A DNA stretch of 64,000 bases, from NCBI GenBank assembly GCA_963851445.1, contig CAWKPH010000001.1:425363-489362 (forward strand), written 5' to 3'. The stretch's first letter is position 1. Every line of letters starts with the position of its first letter. Both the position numbers and the translations under genes were made by a program. Origin of the DNA: an uncultured bacterium (GTDB lineage: Bacteria; Patescibacteriota; Minisyncoccia; Phycocordibacterales; Phycocordibacteraceae). A model generated the notes under the pieces. The model had not been told where the DNA came from, did not search any database, and saw nothing but the letters and a program-made list of their open reading frames with translations. Below are positions 33,601-38,963 of the stretch, one piece after another.

Positions 33601-35294
33601 TGGAAGGCGGGCCGATCAGCGTTGGCGATCGTATCGCGCTTTCCTCGACACCGGGCGTTGGCATGAAAGCAACACAATCAGCTGAAACTGTTGGTATTGC
33701 ACTCCAAAGTGCATCTGCTCCCGGTGAAATCGATGTCTTTGCAGAACCGCAATATTACTTCAATCCAGGCCAGCTTTCCCTCGATAGTACAGACGATGGA
33801 GTGACGATAGGCTCAGGAAGTAATTCATCAAACTCAAACAATCTCAAAGTAAATGGCAGTGCGATCGTAAATGGCAACACGAGCGCCAGTTCCTTCGAAG
33901 AAGCAAATGCAGGTGCTGCATTCACGAATGAGTTTGGTGATGTGACTCTCGGCTCAACAACTGCTTCGTCAGTGCTTAGTGCAGACGGTACCGGCGTTGA
34001 TGTTTACAAGCTCGCAACATTCACACTTACCGGTGTACAGCAGCTAGTTGCATCAACACAGACTCTCTCGGGTGAGATCAATAGTTTGGCTGCGCAGACT
34101 AGTGAACTTACGAACACAACGAACGAACTCTCGAGCACAACAATCGGTGTTTCGGCCCAGGTTGTAAGTCTTTCCGCACGGGTTTCGGCGCTCGAAGCCG
34201 CTGCAACGGCAAGCATGACCGAAGCAACTTCAACCGCACCAAGTTCTCTTCTTAGTACAACGACTGCCGCAGTCGAGGACGCATTGTCAGGGCTTGGCGC
34301 ACTTATCGGTAACGGGATAGCACAATTCGATACACTCGTAGTCCATAACCTCGTCTTTTCAAAGTCGAACGATGGTACTTCAGCAGCGGGCAGTGGTACG
34401 GTACTCGCAGGAAACACGGTTGCTGAGATCGATAATCCGAACATGACCACATCGTCAGAAGTCTCCATAACATTCACTGCACCAGTACAGGGAAGCTGGT
34501 ATGTTTCCGATAAGGAGAATGGTAAGTTTAAGATCACTCTCTCACAGGTACAGACACAAGATGTCACCTTCGACTACTTCATTGTTCAGACCGAGGGTCA
34601 GATGGCAACGTCGACTGCAGACACCACGGCTAGCGGTGGCTTCGCAGCGTGGCTCGCAAATTTGTTTGGTACTCCAACTACACCATCAACACCTCCTTCA
34701 TCAGATACCGCTTCTTCGACGGATTCCAGCAGTGGAAACAGCACGGGCTCGACTGATACGACGGCCTCCTCGACGCCACCAGGTAGCGGCGCAACAGCTT
34801 CGAGTACACCTTCAACGAGTAGCCCAACAATCGAACTCGTTGGTAACGCTGCGATCTCGCTCACCGTTGGCGATATCTTCACCGATCCAGGCGCCACGGC
34901 CCAGGATTCAAGTGGCAATGATATATCAAGCTCGATAACCGAAAGCGGTTCGGTAGATACGGGAACCCCAGGAATCTACACACTTGTATATAGTGTCACC
35001 GATAGTAGCGGACAAAGCACATCAGTATCGCGCGTCGTAACAGTTTCTCCGGCATATCAAGCGACGGGGGGTGGTTCAGGTAGCAGCTCCTCATCTTCTT
35101 CAGGAGCCACCAGCTCTGGCACTACTTCAGATACAAGTTCGGGATCTTCAGCCTCAGGTTCTTCTAGTTCAAGTTCGGATAGTGGTTCAAGTACCGATTC
35201 ATCTGGAAGCAGTACTGGCTCGAGCGCTCCCACAAGCAGTAGCTCAAGTAGTTCCAGTGGTTCAAGCTCTTCAGGAACTACGACGGGTCAGTAG
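21657..35294 (+). CDS. Giant surface/adhesin-like protein: HTH_17 - TM - tail-fibre/YadA-head-like repeats - peptidase G2-like intramolecular chaperone - coiled coil - DUF5011-like Ig - Ser-rich tail
   Basis: Uninterrupted ORF (track start 21615 GTG; ATG 21657 preferred). ISTRQASKLSGYNSDYLSRMCREGKIEGTQIGRTWLL; TM ~21996-22052; NTA(I/V)GYxAL and GNVGIGTTSP repeats; YDVAEDY..LGVVSTAP..VALSGRIPV; PTIELVG..FTDPGATA.D..VDT.TPG.YTLVYSVTD. Confidence 0.92.
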   Translation: MNQISEKNLISTRQASKLSGYNSDYLSRMCREGKIEGTQIGRTWLLSQESLEDFVRKQSERRQEMRSSLSESREKEYYERNTSEITPLPNLVVQTTNSEKKQIVQFKWTDFQKSGITLVATLLLLVVGLSLSQVKAFTRIGSTVLTGTFQTHNGLHDIAATALSSAHESSAKEFAANISTERKAFTIFGFTASNSDELSVAKSFVTPLLPLALEETTSTKAISNLSPEPLSSSKAFVAMSASVMSLPSDMIAAVVPVAEFAITNPTIASRDVLGTGLLAYAESGVYVYTAIQGGLNSYLDAIQSTGNDALALGTMVSNIGSESPYFLAGNEIAIAETYSRDVHDMLNGYDNGIYAWVNESPRVALAISSGTYKVGNTLATIVGNAPATIVNGYQKSSENVGNLAYGTISSSHQVVHDTAKNLAVSVGAFASSTTQNVTLTGKGALQEAVGNTNVIGAGTAQLAADIASNTSNSLRVPVVHSANEVAAVVVPASFNDFGAQFAVFLHTGVQDLFNETNTLIALLLGSSNPRLAVVPTVLTIAEPTGSKSSYSTPEYIGNTVTSTSITSSVPSSSVANSTSQYETTPTYIIEQPITNINGVSQSYVDNAISNLRGFVTEDIEASMNGQGGGGGNSGGGSISSNGANLTNGTLSDFAIASSSFNGGIISSSSFSGGPISATILTAGTSTFTGPVTTNGNLNVGGTLTANILNVANLSSDAGLIAPYIDATSTTATSTFGGDVSIGGNLNVIGNTTLGLASFTNATGTNLNLATLTATNATVGSLNIGNLNGFLKATAGAISTSLINLTADVTGILPVGNGGTGSSSYSTNGVIYGNGTNALLTTGQGGANTVLIANNGAPSFSSAITVGTSVSSPIINATNSFEINGANINTAGVLSNVAYLNQANTYSQLQTYNDGISANAISTPSLTVGSLNGLLYGSSGVVAAASVSTPLTFTGGVLGIQQANLSQSGYLASVDFNTFNNKISSSSLSGGTGISYSPSTGVIANTGVVSLTGTTNQINVSASTGSITLSLPSQLTLANASTTNFSANTLAVGGTGTTSISSTGALTTPSLTIGSLGGLLYGNSGVVLSTATSSLAVGTGLTVSGGSLGYQVGGTNATIGLAAISQGFLGNIGSASAVPTVQASSTFFTGSTGQAAYFASSGGLVGTSTITIGTNSDVGIGTTSPGSLFSVGGNDLIGGNETVTGNVTFSGLGAGFVQSSASGLLSSAALTSGQVTTALGFTPFGGTNPLPIANGGTASTSAVTNGLTYFNGSALESDNTLTWNQIQLGMNTSPWFQTNGTTYLYASSTNFATVFGIEAGGAEATTTATSYAEVAIGYKALAANTTGNQDEGLGYGALESNTAGAGNTGIGYDALASNTVGGSNVAVGDDALGSGSVGASGNTAIGTSAGLTVTGSWNAALGLDAAENGVSANTAIGYLALGSGTGGFASSTAVGYQSLDSDTTGAGNVGIGYDSLFSNTTSASSTALGSYALFKNTAADNVAVGNGALYSNTTAIGNVAVGYRALFLNTTVASSTAIGSYALYNAAGAADNVAVGGGALFGGGGVSGNNVAVGYQALTAGTAADDDTAIGSGAETGGGTVNTAVGYDALQNNGGNDYNTAVGGQAFQNGTGSGNTVLGYEALSQAGGASFNTAIGYDALFYGALGPGNVGIGANVLQANGIGSGNTAIGFDAGFNSTAASSTLIGNNTGYNITTGNDDDLLGLQAGYNLTSGSDNIVIGDNSASTTNTGSGNITIGYDISGPQAANNGSNDLDIGNLIYGTGLGAQASTTSNGNIGIGTTTPSTTFSNSGNEYIVGGLGVGSVNTTAGSIYAVGTATVGNLINKGLTANDLIYTNGSDQETSASVSSPLTFSGGTLALGTVGQANGGTGYTTYNPGDILYANGSGNLQTLPVGSSGQVLEVAAGLPSWGTVTVNGGGSGDGIFATSTGIIYPLNTANTLIVGSNATSTKNSIFEVHGQEYISTNLGIGTTSPSTNLSVQGNELLSGNLTAANITATGTVTVGTLALTSALPISSGGTGTTTAPLGQLLYGGASAYQSVGTSSITSGAGISFTGTPGALVGGTPLTITNNGVLSLAQSYGSGQTGALTLATSSALSFNGLTLGQTITNTGGTFTFTPTLSGTLSNTGLTNSSITINTAAGLTGGGTVALGSTLTLNAVSTSGLGGWNYIPGGIYNSTSTDQVMIDESATTSNAALDVGGFINTDEYHGYEQGGNLLAYASSTTGVTIFGLGAGGTDAISTGLYNDNTAIGYEALNNNAGSGNNALGYQALYSNIGGGENVANGASALYDLQNGSYNLGEGYQAGLGLISGSRNVLIGPSTISASENQVTTGSDNISIGNDVAIASSTLSNQLDIGNEIYGTGLSGTGTTTSNGNIGIGTTSPSTTFSNSGNEYIVGGLGVGSVNTTAGSIYAVGTATVGNLINNGLTTSDLIYTNASDQETSVGTSSLAVGTGLTVSGGSLGYQVGGTSATIALASIPNGDVLANGTGASAAPTAVATSTLYGTGTGGQILAWNNGVPQWVGTSTIAGTNYFTNSGASTYLSTGYNLGIGTTTPFSSLSVSTTTASAGTYSLFAVASNTNATLFNVLGNGDVGIGTTSPSTTFSNSGNEYIVGGLGIGSVNTTAGSIYATGNATVGNLINNGLTTGDLIYTNGSDQETSASVSLPLTFTSGTLAINQAGSLSSGYLSSTNWNTFNNKQNAITPGTGLSFTGNTLNSIFTLSGNNIYNNSGTNLGIGTTSPGQTLGIQGNGLFAGNLQSTNLTATGTATVGNLINNGLTTSDLIYTNASDQETSVGTSSLAVGTGLTVSGGSLGYQVGGTSATIALASIPNGDVLANGTGASAAPTAVATSTLYGTGTGGQILAWNNGVPQWVGTTTAGTGLTYNQGSPGNFSVNTSQNISTLSNLTSNGFVITTGGTGALSIQASPITLAEGGTNATSFTTSGNAVYYNGTSLVTAPTNSAVTIPYASTTAFSAANGNISGTLGIGTTSPYAALSIFAGGNYAGLAPATLFAVGSSSAGNATSTLFNVLSSGNVGIGTTSPSTTFSNSGNEYIVGGLGVGSVNTTAGSIYATGNATVGNLINNGLTAGDLIYTNNSNQETSATVSLPLTFSAGGALAINQAGSLGSGYLSSTDWNTFNNKQNAITPGTGLSFSGNTLNNTGVTSIATGNGITGGTITTTGTIGLATINAGVLGAVTSGSVPTSQATSTLYGLGINGYVLSEVGGTPTWVATTTLSTISGTLNLSNQVSNTLGVGNGGTGNSSVADGALLFGGPTGGTTALTALATSTAGDFLQLSATTGRPNWAATLGIANGGTATATAVTNGVYYNNGSSAEADNTLTWNQIQLGMNTSPWFQTLGKTFVYASTTNQDTVLGLNAGGNNATTTATVENETAIGYGALESDTTSLGATAVGTGALNSDTSGNYETAVGYDALNNNTTGGGDSAFGYDALFTSANANSASDTAVGAFAGYKANEGTSGGSTFVGNGAAFNSTGGVNNDAFGYRALYKNAGNSSSTAIGSFALYNNTAADNVALGGGALFTNTTGSGETALGYQALNLSTGASNTAIGNSALLDNAAGASNTAIGFEAGQGLTTGSDNVAIGANTFASGNAAGAANDTAVGYQSQTDTYGEATGNTSLGWEALAAGNNANNTAIGSGAISFAGISKQPGPGNTAVGFDALYNAGNAASQTESSSTAVGGFAGYNLTSGSDDNLFGTAAGYSLTTGSNNIIMGDYTASTSDVAGSNNIYIGYDISGNGAPTDSSDNLDIGNLIYGTGLGAQASTTSTGSVGIGTTSPYATFSVFAGGNYAALAPATLFAVGSSSAGNATSTLFNVLSSGNVGIGTTSPESKLTVTGAACISTGNVGANACVNTPGNISYTTANTAGYDVAEDYGSVNASSTVPGTIVALDTQVAGESIETAMQGQTILGVVSTAPGMVLGGSHGGALKLYQVPVALSGRIPVNVDMEGGPISVGDRIALSSTPGVGMKATQSAETVGIALQSASAPGEIDVFAEPQYYFNPGQLSLDSTDDGVTIGSGSNSSNSNNLKVNGSAIVNGNTSASSFEEANAGAAFTNEFGDVTLGSTTASSVLSADGTGVDVYKLATFTLTGVQQLVASTQTLSGEINSLAAQTSELTNTTNELSSTTIGVSAQVVSLSARVSALEAAATASMTEATSTAPSSLLSTTTAAVEDALSGLGALIGNGIAQFDTLVVHNLVFSKSNDGTSAAGSGTVLAGNTVAEIDNPNMTTSSEVSITFTAPVQGSWYVSDKENGKFKITLSQVQTQDVTFDYFIVQTEGQMATSTADTTASGGFAAWLANLFGTPTTPSTPPSSDTASSTDSSSGNSTGSTDTTASSTPPGSGATASSTPSTSSPTIELVGNAAISLTVGDIFTDPGATAQDSSGNDISSSITESGSVDTGTPGIYTLVYSVTDSSGQSTSVSRVVTVSPAYQATGGGSGSSSSSSSGATSSGTTSDTSSGSSASGSSSSSSDSGSSTDSSGSSTGSSAPTSSSSSSSSGSSSSGTTTGQ
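28953..30334 (+). repeat. 329-bp internal duplication in the giant gene (28953-29281 and 30006-30334)
   Basis: The two segments read identically by eye; offset 1053 bp, in frame. Confidence 0.9.
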
Positions 35295-35368
35295 TGGGGA
35301 TTGCTAGCAACTGACGCGTGATAAACTGAGGGAATCGCTCTCACTAATAGCCGGTAACTCACTATTTT

Positions 35369-36472
35369 ATGAAACCAGTTCGCATCGCCATCAATGGATT
35401 CGGTCGCATCGGTCGCGCATTCGTTCGCCAGACCTGGAACAGGGAAGACGTCGAGATTGTAGCAATCAATGACCTCGGTTCTCTTGAAGATCTCGCCTAT
35501 CTTTTGAAATACGACTCCGTATATAGGAATGCCCCCTTCACGATCGAACAAAAGGCAAATGACAACGGCATCGGCGGTACCCTCATGATAAATGGTAAGG
35601 AGGTGAAATTTCTCCAAGAAAAGGATGCCGCTACTCTTCCTTGGAAGGATCTTGATATCGATGTTGTCGTTGAGTGCACGGGTGTCTATGATGAATACGA
35701 TAAGGCGCATGCACATATTGATGCCGGTGCTAAACACGTAGTTATTTCGGCACCTGCAAAGGGTGAAGATAGGGAAGGGGTTGGTGCGACCGTTCTCATG
35801 GGTGTGAACGCGCAAAAGGTCAAGGAAAGTCCAGTGACCTCAAATGCATCTTGTACGACGAATGCCTCAAGCCCTGTCATTGCGATCATGGACGAGACCA
35901 TAGGCATTGAGCTGGCACTCCTTAATACAACCCATGCATATACCGCAACACAACTTATCGTTGACGGTCCAGTGAAGGGGAGCGATTTGCGCCGCGGTAG
36001 AGCTGCAGCACAGAATATCGTGCCAAGTTCAACGGGGGCTGCGATTGCGGTGACGAGAGCTTACACGCAACTCGTGGATAAATTCGATGGCATCTCTCTA
36101 CGCGTCCCCGTCTCAGCAGGTTCTATGGCTGACATTACCTTTATTGCAAAACGTGAGACGAACGTCGAAGAGGTCAACAGCCTGCTTCGCGCTGCGGCCA
36201 AAGATGCTCGCTGGCAGGGTATATTCCGTGTTTCCGAAGACCCTCTCTGTTCAAGCGATATTATTGGCGATATACATGCCTCAATCGCAGAACTCTCAAT
36301 GACTCGCGTCGTTGGGGGCAAATTGGTAAAAGTTATGGCCTGGTACGACAATGAATACGGGTACACCAATACGTTAGTGCAGCACGTCATTCTGGCCGGT
36401 GCGGCCATCGACGGACCCGAGGCATTCGCAGCAGCGCAAGCAAATCGCCAAGCTGGAGGCCTCAAAAGGTAA
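35369..36472 (+). CDS. gap: Type I glyceraldehyde-3-phosphate dehydrogenase
   Basis: IAINGFGRIGR, SNASCTTN, RGRAAAQNIVPSSTGAA, WYDNEYGY; unusual ~20-aa C-terminal extension. Confidence 0.97.
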   Translation: MKPVRIAINGFGRIGRAFVRQTWNREDVEIVAINDLGSLEDLAYLLKYDSVYRNAPFTIEQKANDNGIGGTLMINGKEVKFLQEKDAATLPWKDLDIDVVVECTGVYDEYDKAHAHIDAGAKHVVISAPAKGEDREGVGATVLMGVNAQKVKESPVTSNASCTTNASSPVIAIMDETIGIELALLNTTHAYTATQLIVDGPVKGSDLRRGRAAAQNIVPSSTGAAIAVTRAYTQLVDKFDGISLRVPVSAGSMADITFIAKRETNVEEVNSLLRAAAKDARWQGIFRVSEDPLCSSDIIGDIHASIAELSMTRVVGGKLVKVMAWYDNEYGYTNTLVQHVILAGAAIDGPEAFAAAQANRQAGGLKR

Positions 36473-36497
36473 GTAGGCTAAACATCACAATTTAAAG

Positions 36498-36530
36498 AGA
36501 AAAGGCTCCGCCAAAAGCGGGGCCTTTTCT
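36498..36530 (+). terminator. Intrinsic terminator after gap
   Basis: AGAAAAGGCTCCGC-caaaa-GCGGGGCCTTTTCT. Confidence 0.85.
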
Positions 36531-36582
36531 ATTGGTCCCGCAGCTCACCAAAGGTCGAAATTATTAGCCAACAAAACTGATT

Positions 36583-37017
36583 ATGGAGTCACAAATTAAG
36601 TTCGTGAAAGCAAGGCGAGCAGACGTAAAGGGATCAGGCGGCCGAGGCACCATGCTGGCCGACTACGACACGCTAGTCAAAGCGTTCGGGAAACCTCACG
36701 ACTGCACCAAAGAAGGGCCGTGGCGATCCGGAGACGGAAAGGTCAGAGCCGAGTGGGCCTTCAAGGCCTTCTACCAAGGCAAGCTGATCGTCCTCACTAT
36801 CTACGACTACAAGGAATACGACAGGCCTGTGGATAACGTGACGGAGTGGAGCATGGGACTCAAAGGCGACATTCAAGTAGCCGCTGGGTTTCTAGCATCA
36901 AAGCTCGGCCAACACTGCTTCAGGACACACAAGATCGTCCTTGTAGAAAAGCGCCTCGCCCAAGGCAGCACGATCATGATGAGTGCCGAAGCTGTGTCGA
37001 AAGCATTCGACGACTGA
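36583..37017 (+). CDS. Phage hypothetical protein
   Basis: YDTLVKAFGKP..GDGKV.AEW..TIYDYK resembles a widespread small phage family (recalled, unverified). Confidence 0.6.
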   Translation: MESQIKFVKARRADVKGSGGRGTMLADYDTLVKAFGKPHDCTKEGPWRSGDGKVRAEWAFKAFYQGKLIVLTIYDYKEYDRPVDNVTEWSMGLKGDIQVAAGFLASKLGQHCFRTHKIVLVEKRLAQGSTIMMSAEAVSKAFDD

Positions 37018-37069
37018 ATCCAGATCATTGTCCCGAAAGGGATCGGCCCGACGGGGCCTGATGCTAGCA

Positions 37070-37381
37070 ATGACTTACATCCTTAGAAACAAGCGAATCG
37101 TTACCTACCGACGATATGGCATCCCCGCCATCATCCTCGAGGGCAAATGGCTCACCGCCTTATATCGATTGAACATTGGCGATGTCGTCGATATCGATCA
37201 CCAAAAGAAAGAAATCCGCCTAAGCAAGAATGTTCCGCTCAGCAAGGAGAGGCAGAAACGCCTCAAAGAGCGAGAGGAGCTTCGACAGCAGCGAATCAAA
37301 GAATTACGCAACCAACATGACCAAACAGCAAACACAAATGAGAGCTTTGGCGCGAGAAGCCCTGAAGCTGGTCAAGGATAA
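37070..37381 (+). CDS. SymE/AbrB-fold-like protein
   Basis: IPAIILEGKWL....LNIGDVVDI..IRL resembles SymE P.L.L.G.WL...G..V.V; start 37061 or 37070. Confidence 0.6.
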   Translation: MTYILRNKRIVTYRRYGIPAIILEGKWLTALYRLNIGDVVDIDHQKKEIRLSKNVPLSKERQKRLKEREELRQQRIKELRNQHDQTANTNESFGARSPEAGQG

Positions 37382-37613
37382 AGCCCCGGCAAATGTCGAG
37401 GAAATGATCCTCCCTCAACTGCTCGACGATATCGCGGAATACACCGGCGACATCATGGGCAAACTGACCAACCTAGATGCGGAGAATGACAAAGCCATCA
37501 CGATGGCCCACGGAATCATCCGCGACGGATTGTTCGACGAAATCCTCAGCCAGATCAAAGCGGTCAGGCTGAAGGAAGCAGACAAGAGAATTACTAAATT
37601 ATTCAAAAAATAA
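37317..37613 (+). CDS. Phage hypothetical protein
   Basis: ATG 37317 within ORF 37230-37613; helical composition. Confidence 0.55.
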   Translation: MTKQQTQMRALAREALKLVKDKAPANVEEMILPQLLDDIAEYTGDIMGKLTNLDAENDKAITMAHGIIRDGLFDEILSQIKAVRLKEADKRITKLFKK

Positions 37614-37680
37614 AAGACCCCCGACGAGGGAGTCCCTTAACAACAGATACATCGTATCAAAGGTCCCTTCGTCGAGTCAA
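37605..37680 (-). ncRNA. Putative ~40-nt antisense RNA unit (promoter plus terminator)
   Basis: Minus strand: TTGACT-N18-TACGAT with extended TGn, then hairpin 37616-37634 and TTTTATTTTTT. Confidence 0.45.
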
Positions 37681-37688
37681 GCAAAAAC

Positions 37689-38855
37689 ATGCAAACACTA
37701 GAACGAAGCATGGTGCAACCGAAGACCGAGGAAAATTTCTTCACGGCGATCGGTAACACCAAACCCTACTTCAAAGCAGCCTTTGAAGGAGAACCCGGCA
37801 CCGGCAAGAGCTGGAGCGCCGCATTAGTAGCAATCGGTCTTCACAAGAAGATCAACAGCAAGAAGCCCATTGTGCTCATCGACACCGAGAAAGCCGCAAA
37901 GTTTCTGGTCCCGCTCTTCCGAGAGCATGGGATCGAAGCGATGGTGCGCGAAACGCACTCGCTCGCTGACTTGGTAAAGGCGATGAACCTCTGCGCGGAA
38001 GGATATTCGGACATCGTAGTGATCGACAGTATCACTCACATCTGGATGGACTTCCAAGAGGCTTATAAGCGCAAGCTCAACCGCCAAACCTTCCAGATTC
38101 AAGACTGGATGGCGATCAAGTCCGATTGGAACCGCAACTTCTCGATCCCGATGGTCCAGTCGCCACTTCACATCATTGCAACCGGCCGCGTGTCGGATCG
38201 CATGGAGCAGGAAGTGGACGAGGATGGCCGCAAGGAATTTACCAAGACCGGAGTGAAGATGCAGGCCGAGAAAAACGCCGCATACGAATTCGATGTCTTG
38301 GTCCTTATGGAACGCCATGAACTTATCACTCGAGCAAAACGAGAAGTATGGCGACAGGCAACTGTCCTCAAAGGCCGCGGCAATCTCCTCGACGGAAAGG
38401 TCTTCAAGAACCCGACCTACGAGGACTTCGCACCGGCAATCGAGGCGGTCATTAAGGACCCTGTAGCGGCGCGATTTAGCCCTACGGAGCGCGATGCAGG
38501 AGAGCTGATCCGCACCGAGGAAGACAAGCGCAAGTGGATAAACGAACGGAAGCGATGGCTTGAGGAGATCGAGGGTTACCTCGTCTCGATCTGGCCAAGC
38601 ACCGGCGCACAGGAAAAGAAGAACAAGACTGATGCGCTCGAGTACGCCTTCCAGACCCGAAGCTGGTCCGCAATCGAAGGAATGCGACCAGACGTGCTCG
38701 AGGCGGGATTTGCCCGAGTGCAGGAATTCGCTCAGAAGAAGATCGCCGAATTGAAAAGCGAGCTTCCGTCAGAGCCGGTCCCAGAAGGAGAAAGAGAGAC
38801 AAAGGTCGAAAAACCAAAGAAGCCTGCAAAGGCTACAGCCAAAAGTGGCAAGTAG
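37689..38855 (+). CDS. Phage AAA ATPase (AAA_24/Sak4-like recombination protein)
   Basis: GEPGTGKS (Walker A), IDTE, VVIDSITH (Walker B), YEFDV. Confidence 0.85.
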   Translation: MQTLERSMVQPKTEENFFTAIGNTKPYFKAAFEGEPGTGKSWSAALVAIGLHKKINSKKPIVLIDTEKAAKFLVPLFREHGIEAMVRETHSLADLVKAMNLCAEGYSDIVVIDSITHIWMDFQEAYKRKLNRQTFQIQDWMAIKSDWNRNFSIPMVQSPLHIIATGRVSDRMEQEVDEDGRKEFTKTGVKMQAEKNAAYEFDVLVLMERHELITRAKREVWRQATVLKGRGNLLDGKVFKNPTYEDFAPAIEAVIKDPVAARFSPTERDAGELIRTEEDKRKWINERKRWLEEIEGYLVSIWPSTGAQEKKNKTDALEYAFQTRSWSAIEGMRPDVLEAGFARVQEFAQKKIAELKSELPSEPVPEGERETKVEKPKKPAKATAKSGK

Positions 38856-38963
38856 AAATTAAGTAGCTTGGCCACTGACTCAGCCCTGATCCAGTGGCAT
38901 GAGGGCTGAGATCGGGGGCTAAGCCCCCGCACCTAACCACGGAGAAGAAACATCGAGCAATCG

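Noticed and set aside
22109-34918. Many minus-strand ORFs over the giant gene
   Set aside because: Shadows of Gly/Thr/Ser/Ala codon bias with no independent motifs
36550-36560. AAAGGTCGAAA after the gap terminator, also at 38801
   Set aside because: Other copies are coding; too short to support a function from this window alone
37025-37073. Hammerhead ribozyme
   Set aside because: Core reads CUGAUGC, not CUGANGA, and GAAA is a tetraloop rather than a junction strand
37102-37111. Partial motif TACCTACCGA
   Set aside because: Inside a CDS; lacks the T-rich spacer and a positioned -10
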